Shown here: one piece after another, positions 1 to 12,239 of the stretch | Position numbering within the stretch: position 1 is the stretch's first letter | Layout: each line of letters starts with the position of its first letter | Source of the DNA: Amphiscolops sp. MND2022 | Taxonomy: Eukaryota | Direction of reading: 5' to 3' | DNA: 64,000 bases | Assembly: GCA_964187785.1 (NCBI GenBank) | Contig: OZ076409.1 | Location: forward strand, 63,924,001 to 63,988,000 | Notes under the pieces: model-generated | The model's database searches: none | The model's input: only the letters and a program-made list of their open reading frames with translations | What the model was told of the DNA's origin: nothing | Program-made: the position numbers and the translations under genes

Positions 1-54
1 GAACGAAGAGAAAGTCTCAGTGAGTTACTCGGCTTCAAAAAAGTACCGATTTAC

Positions 55-1981
55 CTGATTGACATTCCATAGTCAAATGATGACACACTGCCGTTGCGCT
101 CTCTAGAGTAGGTACTTTCGACACTACTGTTGTCTTTGTCTCTACTTTTCGACAGCTCAACTGAGGGTCGTGGCACCGAAGAATCACTGATTGAGGTGGT
201 AGTAGTTTCAAGAGAGGATCCCAACACGTGTGTCGGCTCCCCGAAACAAAAGTTCTCTTCAGAAGACAGCACCGTATCCGAATGCCTTCTGGACTGAAAC
301 AGGGCCCCAATAAAGTTTGTTTCATGAGAGCTTCTATATGTAAGGAGTAGTAGATGTAACGATTCGGTTCAAAATACAAGTCAGGATATCGTACAAATTG
401 ATAGTTTCGAATAGTTATTGTGAGACCGATAATCTCATATGAAAATACACGATTGAATTGAATGTTTAGGTGGATAGTATTTAGTGAAAATAAGATGTAA
501 AAATATCAGATATCTACGATGTAAGAGAATCACGATCCTAAATTCTATTTAGGGGAACCTTTATAGACTATATAGGTTCTCGTAAATAGAGCGTTATAAA
601 CTGGCCTGGTAGTATACTATATAATACAGTACCGTACCACGTCTGTTAATAACGTTTGAAGAACAAAAATTGATTCTCAGAAATCAAATATGAATTTAGA
701 ACCATTAGTCACGCCTCAATAAAACTCTCAAATCAGAATTTAGACACAAACGCCCTTCTGAAAAACAGTCACGATAACACAATTCAAATGAAAACTAGAT
801 ATCCGTGGATTCTGAACTTCGAACTCGGACCAAGCAAAAAAATGATTAAAGCAAAAGAATTTTTCAATATAATGAAATAGTAGTTGGAAACTGCATGATT
901 CTCCACTGTAACGCACTCGTTTTTGGCTTTTTGTATACCTGGGCCAGAATTTTGACAACACTAATTAGGTAATTTTGAAGCCGCAATGAAAAATTATGTC
1001 GTGATTCCATTAGCGGTTCGAACTGGCGGTTTTTTGGAAAACGCGTTTTTGGAGTAAGCCGAGTATCAAAATGTTTTTTTTTCATACAACGCACAAAAAA
1101 TTATTGATTTTCATTGCATAGGCTAAATCTAGCCATTATCTAATCAAGTGAAAAGACGAGAAAGAGAAGCTACTAAAAAACAATCACTTCGAAAAAACCT
1201 ATTCAATGGATTCGGAATTAGCGGTGTTCCGATAAGTAAAAAAAAAGCGATGTCAGAACCCTGCCCCAAGCCTACTAATCAACATCAAGTATTAACCCGC
1301 CACTTTACCTTCAACTATTAATACTTTTAAAAAGAATTTGTTCCGAAGTTGGTGCCTGCAATGCAGACAGTGTGGGCTGTTTGTTTATAAAAAATTCAAC
1401 ATTAAAAATTGAAAAATTATAGATGGAAGGAATTTTAAATATTTTAAACTTACTTCGAGGTCAACATTTTTGCCTGATACAGGAGGAAAAGAATGACAAG
1501 TGGTCATCGAACTCCCTCGACTAGAATTGTCGTCTTTACCATTCGATTCCTCTGAACATGTTTCTAATTGGGTTCTACAGCTTTTTGAACTGGTTTCTGT
1601 TAGTGAGGTACTGGGTATGTTTATATTGGGTCCTTTCGGGCCAACAAATAACCCTCGGGCTTTAGCCTCATATGACATTTGCTTGGTTCGCAGTGAAATT
1701 CTATGCGAATGAAGCGTAGCATACGTGGTTGGCGCTACTGTGAACGAGCAACCGGGAATTGTGTTACTCCAACAGACCATCTGCACTCATAAATGCATCG
1801 CCAACTTGTAGTTTTGAGGGCAATAACACACTTTGAACCTTTTTGACATAACTGCTAGAAAGTGACCCTTCTGCTTCCACTACATCTGAAATAAAATGTG
1901 CTCGGAAGAGTAACTTTTCCTGCCTCAGATAAAACATTGTCTTTAACCTGGTATCAAGTTGGTCATCACGATAGATGACAT
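55..1981 (-). CDS. 5' part of a spliced host gene of unknown function; predicted exons 1981-1948, 1885-1839, 1780-1454, 293-55; continues beyond window start
   Basis: GT..AG introns with mutually consistent phases (1,0,0) join four open exons into MSSIVMTNLIP-DVVEAEGSLSSSYVKK-MVCWSNTIPG...VDLE-SRRHSDTVLSSEEN...; clear donors gaa|gtaagt and cag|gtaaat, acceptors tttcag; Ser/Thr-rich product. No domain firmly recognised. Confidence 0.5.
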
Positions 1982-2227
1982 ACCAGTTGACTGTAAACTC
2001 TTGGGTTCAAGTCGGGACTACTGAGCAACCACAGCTAACAGCTCGCACAAGAAGTCCAACAAATCAATAAGTAAGTGGAACAAGTGAAGACAGCCGTAAG
2101 TTCGACACCAAATACTGGAGCTAAGTATTCGGATGTTACTAACAATATTTTTATTCCTGAGACTTTTATCGGAGATTAGTCTTTGATATACCTGAGTACA
2201 AATCTAAGTTTTTTTCTTAAAATCTCC

Positions 2228-2372
2228 TTTTTGGAGCGTTTAGTGCTTTTTTCTGAGCTCTTGGCGCTTTTTTGAGCTTTTAGTGCGCCTTTTTGGAGCT
2301 TTTAGTGATCTTTTTTTGAGCTATTACTGCTCTTTTTTGAGCTTTTAGTGCTGTTTTTTAGCTGAGTTTTTT
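2228..2372. repeat. Degenerate T-rich tandem repeat (~20 bp unit like ttttgagcttttagtgc)
   Basis: About 6-7 imperfect units visible; lies just upstream of the esterase ATG, possibly 5' UTR of the CRE-like element. Confidence 0.7.
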
Positions 2373-2959
2373 GAGTCCGTGATTTTGAAAGTTTTGAAAC
2401 TCAAAAGATCCATCGATACTGCGCCGTCTTTTGTTTCAGGATGTCACGCTTCGAACCCAGACAACTGAGCCAACGAACGGATACGGGACAACTTGCAGAA
2501 AAATGACTCAGGGACAATTTTCGGCAAATTGTCCTTCACGTTCGGCTAATTGTGTTTCGGCAAATTGTCCCGTATCCGGTTTTTGCCCCTGCGAAGCGTT
2601 TAAAATAGATTAGGTACTTCTCCTCACCTAATATGGGGTCAAATACGGAATGGGGCAGGGACGTTTCGTCACCAGCCATTTGGGCGACAAAAATTTCGGC
2701 CCATTTAAGCGACAAAAATGTCGCCTAAGTGTCCCGTAGACTAAATGGCCAAATATGTTCATATACCCCTAGTGCCCTAAATGCAGGAGCGAAGCGAAGC
2801 GACGTGCCATATGGCCATGCCTCAATGTTGCTACTTGGCGAAGGAAGCGAAGCGACCGAGCCATACAACAAATATGCTAACCTCTTCAAATATATCAGTT
2901 AATTGATAAATTTGATCAACCCATTTGGTCGACACTTTTGTCGCCCATGTGACCGACGG

Positions 2960-3441
2960 CGGTGGGCGTTTGGATCGAATGAATTTGCGCGAATATGCAA
3001 TCTGTCACTGAGATCGAAGTAAAATGGTCAAAGAAAATGAGATCGAATCCATGTTCTCAAATACATAGCGTTTTCAAATAACAATGTTTTTGGCCGTCGG
3101 ATATGCCCCCCATTTCCTCTAATGCCCCGCGGCCCCTTGGGGCCGCTCATGTTCCCATCTTGCTAAGCGAGGTCGAACAGGAGCAAAGAACTAGCGGGAA
3201 CGGAGATCGCGAAGCGATCGTAGTGGGAGCTGGTCTTTGCGACGGTGAGGGCGAGCGTGCATACACCGTATATGATCCCATATTAGGTGGGGAAAACTAC
3301 CTAAATAATTTTAAACGCTTTTAAACACTTTACAGGAGCAAAAACTTGGCAAAACCAGAAAAATTCGATCTCAAAACCTTCGATCCATTTTCGATCTCGC
3401 TTTTCGCTCACACAAAAATTCGATCCAAAAATACCCCACCG
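2960..3441. mobile_element. Foldback MITE E2 (ttcgatc repeats, core A) nested in E1
   Basis: Termini cggtggg..ttggatcgaa / ttcgatccaa..cccaccg; flanking direct repeat tgaccgacg at 2950-2958 and 3442-3450. Confidence 0.8.
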
Positions 3442-3465
3442 TGACCGACGCATATTATCGCCCGA

Positions 3466-4376
3466 GGGTGGGCGGAAGTGGGTCGAAGGAACGGGATCGA
3501 AAATCAGAGTTAGTCCTCAGGTCGACATAACAAATTTTTGAATGGGATGGAAAAACTCGGATCGAAATTTTTATAACGTAGTCAGATATGTTCACATACC
3601 CCTAGTGCCCTGAATGCAGGAGCGAAGCGAAGCGGAGCAACGTGCCATAAGGGGTTACCAGTCACTTGGCTTAATACCATTTGGCTTAATTTTTTCGTCG
3701 AGTCATTTGGCTTAAAATTATTAAGCCAAGTGACCACAAAATTAGGCCAACTCCATTCCAACTCAAGGAATAAATGTCAACACCCGGAAATATCATAATG
3801 TGGGGTATATGCGGTGTATGCACGCTCGCCCTCACCGTCGCAAAGACCAGCTCCCACTACGATCGCTTCGCGATCTTCGTTCCCGCTAGGTCTTTGCTCC
3901 TGTTCGACCTCGCTTAGCAAGATGGGAATATAAGCGGCCCCAAGGGGCCGCAGGACACTAGAGGAAATGGGGACATATCCGAGGGGTACTTGATATGACA
4001 TGTTATAATAATACGCTGACTACGTTATAAAGATAAATTCGACAAAATCTGCTACGTGTTTTCAACTAAATGGTTTTAAGTTAAATGACTTTAAGCCAAG
4101 TGACCAATACCCGAGACACTTAGCTTAAAAAAATTAAGCCAAGTGACCAATTGTATTAAGCCAAATGACTTTAAGCCAAATGGCATTAAGCCAAGTGACC
4201 ATTTACCCCATAAGGCCATGCCTCAATGTTGCTACTTGGCGAAGGGAGCGAAGCGACCGAGCCATACAACAAATACAATAAAATTCGACCGCATTCCATT
4301 CGATCCCTGCAATTCGATCAAAAGGTTCGACTTCTGTCGTTTCGACCAGAAAAATTCGACCTATTTACAGCCACCC
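3466..4376. mobile_element. Foldback MITE E3 (ttcgac repeats, core B) nested in E1
   Basis: Termini gggtgg / ccaccc; 9-bp TSD atcgcccga (3457-3465) vs gtcgcccga (4377-4385). Confidence 0.8.
3653..4207. mobile_element. Foldback MITE E4 (ttaagccaa repeats, core A) nested in core B of E3
   Basis: ~35-bp TIR ggttaccagtcacttggcttaataccatttggcttaa; 8-bp TSD ccataagg (3645-3652, 4208-4215); near-identical inverted copy at 47603-48158. Confidence 0.9.
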
Positions 4377-4413
4377 GTCGCCCGAATGGCTGGTGACGAA
4401 ATGTCCCTGACCC

Positions 4414-7400
4414 TACAAGGTCAAAGCCTAATTGTTGTTAAACTTCTTAAATAGAAGCTTTGATTAACATTGGTGACTGGACTGGGTCAGGCGACAAATA
4501 CTCAACTGACGTTTCTTAGACAATGTCTAGCTCAAAGAGGGCGAACCGAAACAACTCCAGTTCGAAGAAAGGACAGGGTGTGGTCAAAGAACAATGTTGC
4601 TCTTGTTACAAAGGTGATGAAGTGGGCGACGACTGAATTCAGTGTCACTTCTGTGACGGCTGGTATCATGAAAACTGTTCAGGGTTATCGGAAGTTATCA
4701 TCAGTCAACTATCACAAGCTAAGTATTTGTTGTTCAGATGTTCTCTCTGTTTGGAAAACGAAAAAGTTGAGGAAACAACTCGAAAAGTTATAAAAGATAC
4801 CATTCAGGAATTGCTACCTTCCAAAATGGAAACTGCATTGGAACAACTCAACTTGGGTGAGTTGTCAACGACAGTTACGGAACTGAAGGGCGAAGTTAGG
4901 TCATTGAAACAGGACCGAATTAATGACAAACCTCGTGAAAAAACGTTTTCCGAAGCAGTAAAATCGAGTGATCAAGGGCCAAAAACTTTTAGTGCTCATT
5001 TTCTTCAAACACAAAGATTAGACACTGTTTTTAATGTCAACTCTTTGGTCTCTAGTTCAAAGGCAGTTCGCAAGAAACGTGAAGTAAATATTGGGACAGG
5101 TGAAACTGAAACTTTCAAAGGTGTTGAGAAGACACCTCCTAGAAAACATATTTACATTGAGAGAGTATCTACGCAACATGATATCGAAACAGTTCGTGAC
5201 TACTGCAACGAAAAACGAATGGGGTTGCTCCATATAAGAAAAATATCGAGTGAAGAGTCCAGATAACATGCTTTTTATTGTGTGTTTGAAATGAAAGATA
5301 GAGACATAGAAGATCCATCACTGTGGCCCAAAAATGTTGTCATTGGAAGGTATCGCCTGAATGATTTGTACCGGAAAAGGTTGAAAACTTCACCAAAAAT
5401 TGACAATCAAAAATTAGGACAGAGTTTTTGAAATGCTCGGTCTATAATGCTCGATTAGTGAGAATGAAGACGATGGAAATTAACTCTGCTCTTCTATCCT
5501 CTCAGTCACAACTGATTACCATTACTGAAAGTTGGATCCAAACAAACCAGAACGACGATTTTCTCATAAATAAATGTTTGCCTGAAAATTATATTCCGTT
5601 TTCCTTTCCCAGGGAGTTTTCGACTGGTGGTTGTATTCGTCTCATACACAGAAAATATATTTCTATTTCTGTTATTCAAAATCTATGCAACCAAGACTTC
5701 GAAATTGTTACTTGTCGAGTACTTTCTTTGAATATTCCCATAATTTTCATCTGCTGCTATCATCCACCTTCTGGAAACTTGCAACTCTTTCTTGAAGAGT
5801 TTTATGGCTTACTTGTGAATTTTTCGTCTGAATACATCTTGCGTAGTGGCGATTTCAATATTCACGTCAATCGAATATGTTCAGCTTCGACTGATTTTAA
5901 AGATATTCTCGATGAGTTGGGACTCATACAATCACTTGAACTACCTACTCATAAAAGTGGTAACACTCTTGATCTTGTCTATGGACCACAAAAGTTTGAA
6001 ATATGTCTTGTTAGTGTCTCCACATCGGATCACCATTGTTTAAATTTTGACTGCTTTAAAGTTCTTCTGGAAAATCGTAAAAGATCCGTTGTTAAATTCA
6101 GAAATTGGAAAAAAGTTAACCTAGTAGATTTTAATGAAGATTGTTTTTATCATATGTGGTCTATCGTAGGGTCTCCTCTGGTTGACAGTTTCTTGGAAAC
6201 CCTTCAAACAATAAGGGAACGGCGTCAATTGGAAAGATTATTCAGAAAAACGCGGTCCACCATCGATAGACTACATATGCAAATTGCGACAGAAAACTAC
6301 TTTAAGCTTTTTCATAAAAAACGTTACAGGTTTTTTGTTTTTTTTTTTGGAGAAGAAAACTATTGATGCTGATACGTCGAAGCTGAAACTCGCGGCTATT
6401 TGGCCAAAAACCCTCTTTGGATGTAAAAAGAAGCAAACTCAACCTTCTGTCTTTCCTCGTGTGAAATTAGCAAACAAATTTAATGATTTTTCCTATCCAA
6501 AATTCAGAATATTCCTAAAAACATTCCGCCAGTTTTAGTAGACTCGAAAAGCCCGGCCTCTGGAAACGTTCTGGAAACCTTTGAAAACGTTGATAACTTA
6601 TTTGTAGTGCTTGTTAGCAATCAAGTGTCGTCGAAATCTCAACCTAGTCAAAAAGTGCCTTCTAGAGTTCTGAAGAAGTTGTCATTTTTCTATAACCAGA
6701 TGTCTTAGATTATCAATGAGTCTTTCCTTAATGCCGTCTTCCCCACTGCCTTCAAACATGGGATAGTTACACCAATTTTTAAAAGTGGTGACATCGAAGA
6801 AATATCAAACTACAGACCAATCACGAATTTGCATTTCGCTTCCAAAGTTATTGAAAAAGTCATTGCTCTGCAACTCAAACGCTTCTTGGATAAACATGTA
6901 GTATTTGACGAGCATCAATCTGCGTATAGAAAATATCATTCAACAGAGACAGCGTTATTAGACTCAACTTCAAATCTCCTATGGGGCCTGAACAACAAAA
7001 GTACAATTCTGGTGATATCCTTAGATTTATCATCAGCTGTCGACACCGGGATCATGAAATACTTCTGTAGATTCTATTTCAAATTGAGATTATTGGTCAG
7101 GCGCATTCCTTGATAAACTCCTACCTGAATGGTCGAACACAATGTGTCCTCAGTGATGGAAGCTACTCTGAGGATGAATCTTTTGAAACAGGTGTTCCTC
7201 TTTGATCGACCTTAGGGAAAGTGCTCTTCATTCTGTACTAACACCCTCTGAGATCTCTACTTAATGAATTTGTTGCTAGCTATCATATCTATGCCGATGA
7301 CATAACGATTTACTTGGAATTTGACCTGGGGACAACCTTTGCCAATTTTCTGAAACATAAACAGATAATTGCCAGTGTTTTGAAACTATAAGCTGCCTGC

Positions 7401-8166
7401 CTTGAACTTGTAAGTAAATGGCTCAAAAACTCAATGTATGTTCGTTACGAATCAAAGAACTCGTCTGCCCGAGACAATCACTATCGATGGGATCAGAATT
7501 GAGATCAAAGATAGTGTCAACGTTTTGGGAGTTACCTTGGATAACAAGTTCGGTTTCTATTCTTTCATCAACAGCACCTGTGCGAAGTCCTACTATCACC
7601 TCAGAAGGATAACATCAATTCGAAAATATTTTTCATTCGATCTCACAAGGTTATTGATTCTCACTTTCGTTATCAGTAGACTTGATTAATTTAACTCACT
7701 GTTATATGGTGCTCCGGACTACATGATCAAATAAACGCAAAGTTCAAAACAGAGCAGCATGCCTCCTTCTTGATCAAGGAAATTCTAATGTTAACTTACT
7801 TTCGAATGAACTTCTTTGGCTTCCTGTTGAAAAAAGAATTAAGTACAAAATCTTATGATTCGTATACCGTCCTTATAAAGACTTGCCTGTGCCTATTCAC
7901 TTGTCGGTACCGTTTTTCAGGTATCAGCAACTTGATCAGTACGATCTGAGAGTTTCCAGAGAACGAAAATGGACTGCTAGAATTACCAACAATACCTATG
8001 GAAAACGATGCTTCTGGGTATCAGGTGCTGAATTACGGAACTCACTACCATGTGATCTTATATTGAGCCCTTCATATGACACTTTCCAAGCACGATTAAA
8101 GACATACCTATTTTGAACGCTTTGAGTGTTAAAAAAGCGTCATTCACAACTTCTTCAACTTCAACG
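4414..8166 (+). mobile_element. Near full-length degenerate L2/CR1-group LINE: ORF1 (PHD finger, ~4523-5403) and ORF2 (APE + RT, ~5428-8116)
   Basis: ORF1 CCSC..IQCHFCDGWYHENC..FRCSLC; APE motifs ITESW, YHPP, GDFNIH, PTH..GNTLDL, SDH; RT motifs NYRPITNL, QSAYRKYHSTETAL, LDLSSAVDT, YADD; L2-type C-terminus WLPVEKRIKYK...LKTYLF; 3' tail (ttcaac)n. Confidence 0.9.
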
Positions 8167-9029
8167 GTGTATGCACGCTCGACCTCACCGTCGCAAAGAC
8201 CAGCTTCCACTACGATTGCTTTGCGATCTCCGTCTCCGCTAGGTCTTTGCTCCTGTTCGACCTCGCTTAGCAAGATGGGAACATTAGCGGCCCCAAGGGG
8301 CCGCCGGGCACTAGCGGAAATGGGGGCATATCCAACGGCCAAAAACATTATTATTTGAGAACGCCTGGTTTTCGGCAAATTGTCCCTACAAAATTCGGCA
8401 AACTCAAAGGGACAATTTGCCGAAAAAAATTCGGCAAATTGTCTGTCACGTTCGTCAAATTGGGTTTTGGCAAATTGTCTTTCGGCAATATGTCTTTCGA
8501 CAGTTTGTCCCTTACCCCAAGGAACAACAAATCTTGTGATTGGCACATCCAGAACGAAAAACATCAGATCAAAAGACATCGATGAAGCAGTTCACTCTTA
8601 CCGTGGTGTCTCCCTGCTCGAGCTCTGTAATCTGATCTAACAATACCCGCAGCGCAAGATAAACACCCTCATTATTGTCGCTGGTTTCAATGATCACCGT
8701 GATGCAGCTACTTCATTTTGCGGACAATTAGAAGTTCCTGATTCAACTTGTGTACCTGAAGTTCCAACCCCGTCACCTCATTATCCCAAAACCATTGCAA
8801 CTTCTAAAAACCAGTCAGTCAAGAGAAACATCGACCAGCTGAATTTTGCCCTATACTATCTGCTACGCTCCCTCAACCTGCCTATAATATCACCTCATTT
8901 CAATCGTGGTTTGGATCACAAGATCTTTGCCCGAGACAGCATTCATTTTTCTTGATTTGGAAGTTTAGTTTTCTCTCAGATTTTAAAATTTTATTCTATT
9001 CACTTTACATGTAATCAAATCAAACAATT

Positions 9030-12000
9030 GACACGACAGCTCTCCATCCACTCTGTCAGGCAATCGAACACACTGCAGCATTTGCCAGACCCATTTACGT
9101 AGTCCTGGCGTATGGTGTGCGATATGTGGATACGTGCACAGGAAATACAGCGGTCTCTCCGCTGCGAAAGACTGGTCCAAGGATTTTATCTGTGTACGCT
9201 GCCGAGGACCACGGCCAAGCGAAGCCGCCAACTCGCCAGCCATTGAACCACTGAACAGTTCAACAAGTCACCTGAGCACCGCCACACACCAGAGACAACC
9301 CCCGACTGATGAACTGAACGAAGAACTATCAGTGGATGGTTTCTGGGCAAAAGTCACCTCTGAAAAAGCAATTCAAATTGAAGAGTTCTACAATCAAGTA
9401 GTTCGTTGGAAACCTTCATTCATCACGCTGCCTAAAAACAAAACTGGTCACAAGTCTGTCGAGATAATGGACCGCGTACTATCTGCAATATCAGAGAAAC
9501 AAAGCAATGAGAACATAGCTTTATATGCAGCAATGCTAATGCCTTTTTTAGTTTATCAAAGACTACCTCTGAGCCAGATAAGACGAGGAACGAGACGACG
9601 ACCAGAAGACTGAGAAGATGGCTGAATGGCGAAATCGAAGAACTTTTCAAGGAAGCACAGGCATTGCAGAAACGAACAACGAAATCAAAATCCAACAATA
9701 GAGCAAAAGATATGTTTTGAGACTTCGATGCACACATGTCCGCACGAAAAAGCTCAATTGCCCTACGGAGTGTAAACGAATTTGAGAACGGGGGAGTCCT
9801 ATTCGTTTAAAAAAAACTGACAGCGAGTCGTTTCTGTATATCTTCTTGAAGGAGAAAGACCCCCCAGCGAAAAGTTGCGACAACACCTACGTAGTTGCAA
9901 GTTCCGAAAACATTTCGCCTTACCATCCTGTAATCTTTTACAGAATACAAACAGGAGCCATTCGTAGAGCCGGAATGAAACACACGGAAGCCACGCACCC
10001 TCCGATGTGGATGCCAACGAATGGCGGCGCTAGATGTCCAATTTTAACCAGTCATCGACTTCACTCTCTCGTACAGTCGCCCGCTTAGCTGTGAGGATCG
10101 CTACTGAAGAAATTGACAGTGAAGCACTAAGGCCGTACAATGCCTGCTGTTTCATACCCCTTGACAAGAATCGAGGGGTACGAACAATTGGGGTTGGGAA
10201 AGTTCTCAGACGAATCATAGGAAGAAGCATACTGCGCTGTGTAGAGAACGACCTGAAACTCTTAGGTAAAAACAAACAACTTTATCTCGGTCTGAAATGC
10301 GGAATCGAACACGCTATACATAGCTTCAGGCAACAGTTAGAGACCCCTGATGTTCAAGGCATTTTGCTCATCGATGCAAAGAACTCTTTTGAAAGCTTGA
10401 ACAGTGATTTCGCGCTCCGGAACATCGAAAATTATGTCCTTTAATATTTACAGCTATCAAAAACTCGTCCAAAACATCGACAAATCTTTTTGTCAACGGC
10501 TAAACCTTGCAATCACAAGAGGGGACAACTATAGGAGATCCTCTAGCCATGGCGATGTACAGAATTGCTACCCTACCGCTGATTGACCTGATTCAAAAAT
10601 CAAACATCACTCAGAAGTGGTACGCTGACAATGGTAATGTAACAGGCAGCCCCAAAAACCTAAAAGCGGTTCACCAACATTTGGAAAAGCACGGACCTGC
10701 TTTCGGTTACACACTGACGAAATGTAACATCATTGCAAAACCGAACACTTGAAACAAGCCCAGAATCTATTCTTCAAAGAAAATGTTGAAATAGTTGATG
10801 GACATCGTGTCCTCGGGTCGGTAAAAGGATCAGAGTCTGCTTGTGAAAAATTCACAAACCATAAACAAAGTGATTACATTCAGATCGTAGAGAAGTTGTC
10901 GAAACACGCAAAAATTTCTCCCCAAAATGTATTTCACTGCTTCACCAAATGTCTTCAAAACACAGTGACTTTTCTCTCACACACGACTCCTAATTTCATA
11001 GAAAATCTGAAACGGAAAGAAATATCAAGGAAAACCTGATCCCAGCAATAACAAGCAGAAATGACATCATGGACGAGGAGCGTTCTCTTTTCTCCCTGCC
11101 TGTGAGGGATGGTGGACATAACATAGTACATCCTGAAGGCAGAGTAGAAGAATTGAACTGGTCGAGACAAATGGCAGCATGTTTAGACAATGACGATGAC
11201 GCAAAAGCTCAACAGTCTTCAATCGTGAAACAAGTTAGATAAAAGAAATCCGCAAAAATCAACGGAAAGATATCAAAATTGAAGGAAAAATTTGATGAAA
11301 AACAACGCTACGCACTAGATCTGTCAATTGAAAAAGGTCAATTTAGTTGGTTGAGCACGATGCCACTCAAACGATATCACTTGGATATATCAAAAACAGA
11401 ATTCCGCGACAGTTTGGCTCTGCGCTATGGATGGGAACCACTAAAAACACCGTCAATGTATCCCCGTGGAGAGTCTTTCAATCTATCGCATTTCCTTCAA
11501 TGCAACAAAGAAGGGTAGAGCCAAATGCGACACAAAGAAATTCGCGACACCTTCGCCTCCGTTATGAAAGAAGTCTGCTATGATGTCGAAATTGAGCCGA
11601 AACTTGAGCCTTTGGAAGGTGAGTTCTTCGTCCATAAAACAACGACAACTGAAGATGAGTCGAGACTAGACATTAAAGCAAACAGACTTTGGGATTCTCG
11701 TTTCTGTAGATTTTTTTTCGACGTCAAGATTTTCAATCCGCTCGATAGAGAAAGTCCCAAAAATATCAACGAAGCATACAAATTTCACGAATCTCAAAAA
11801 CTCAAATACGAGTCCAGAATTATAAATGTGGAAAAAAAGCATCTTTAACCCTCTAGTCTTTGCATGTACAGGTGGCGCTGGACCATCAGCCACAAAAGTA
11901 ATTACTCGACTAGCTGCAAAAATCAACGAAAAAGGTTCAGAAAGCTACGCTGACGCGATCAGCTACATTAGAACTAAGATTTGCTCTTCTACGTAGTTCC

Positions 12001-12096
12001 GTCCTCTGTTTCAGAGGGTGCAGAGCGACACGCCGCCAACAAGCAACCGTAGAGTCATCTATCAGTGCTACAGTTCACGAGGGAGGGCTGTCATAA
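9030..12096 (+). pseudogene. CRE-type polyprotein: PHD finger, reverse transcriptase, restriction-like endonuclease
   Basis: CSIC...WCAICGYVHRKY...FICVRC (PHD-like, one Cys replaced) at ~9073-9200, then ORF fragments 9134-9613, 10034-10444, 10507-10752, 10749-11039, 11279-11518, 11525-11848; ends ...VHEGGLS*. Confidence 0.85.
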
Positions 12097-12239
12097 CTCT
12101 GACAATCCCTCGGGTGCTTCCCACGAAACTCTATATTTCAAATAGCTTCGTTTTGCGAGCAGTTAACCATCTTAGTTGTTCAAACAAGATGAGATGACGC
12201 AAGTTCTCATGAATTCAATTGAACCGTTCTGCTTCTCTG

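Larger units (their letters stand above)
2652..4413. mobile_element. Foldback MITE E1 (gtcgccc-type arms, core B)
   Basis: TIRs gggacgtttcgtcaccagccatttgggcgac / gtcgcccgaatggctggtgacgaaatgtccc; core B at 2752-2876; no convincing TSD. Confidence 0.75.
2479..8516. mobile_element. Foldback MITE E0 (ggcaaattgtc subterminal repeats, core A on minus strand), split by nested inserts
   Basis: Termini ggatacgggacaa / ttgtcccttacc; 9-bp TSD ccaacgaac (2470-2478) vs ccaaggaac (8517-8525); core A is broken at ~2648 and resumes at ~8165. Confidence 0.85.
2441..9015 (+). pseudogene. SGNH/GDSL esterase ORF, split into 2441-2478 and 8526-~9015
   Basis: Removing the MITE plus one TSD gives in-frame MSRFEPRQLSQRTTNLVIGTS...HSYRG...IIVAGFND...FARDSIHF, i.e. 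SGNH blocks I, II, III and V; internal stops and frameshifts. Confidence 0.8.
2441..12096 (+). mobile_element. Degenerate CRE-clade non-LTR retrotransposon (upstream SGNH esterase ORF + PHD-RT-restriction-like endonuclease ORF), interrupted by a 6-kb nested insertion at 2479-8516
   Basis: RT motifs RTIGVGKVLRRIIGRSI, GIEHAIH, LLIDAKNSF, QEGTTIGDPLAM, WYADN; C-terminal RHKEIRD, VEIEP, RLDI, FFDVKIFNP (RLE); many stops and frameshifts. Linkage of the esterase to this element is inferred from adjacency. Confidence 0.8.

Noticed and set aside
3103..3324. Recurrent peptide PLGAA.PILLSEVEQEQR...GLCDGEGERAYT in several short ORFs (also 3777-4001, 8058-8579, 32188-32385, 40393-40575)
   Set aside because: It is the translation of repeat core A; starts and stops differ between copies, so there is no evidence of a real protein.
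2644..4421. Possible TSD for MITE E1 (tacggaat / tacaaggt)
   Set aside because: Only 4 of 8 bases match; not counted as evidence.
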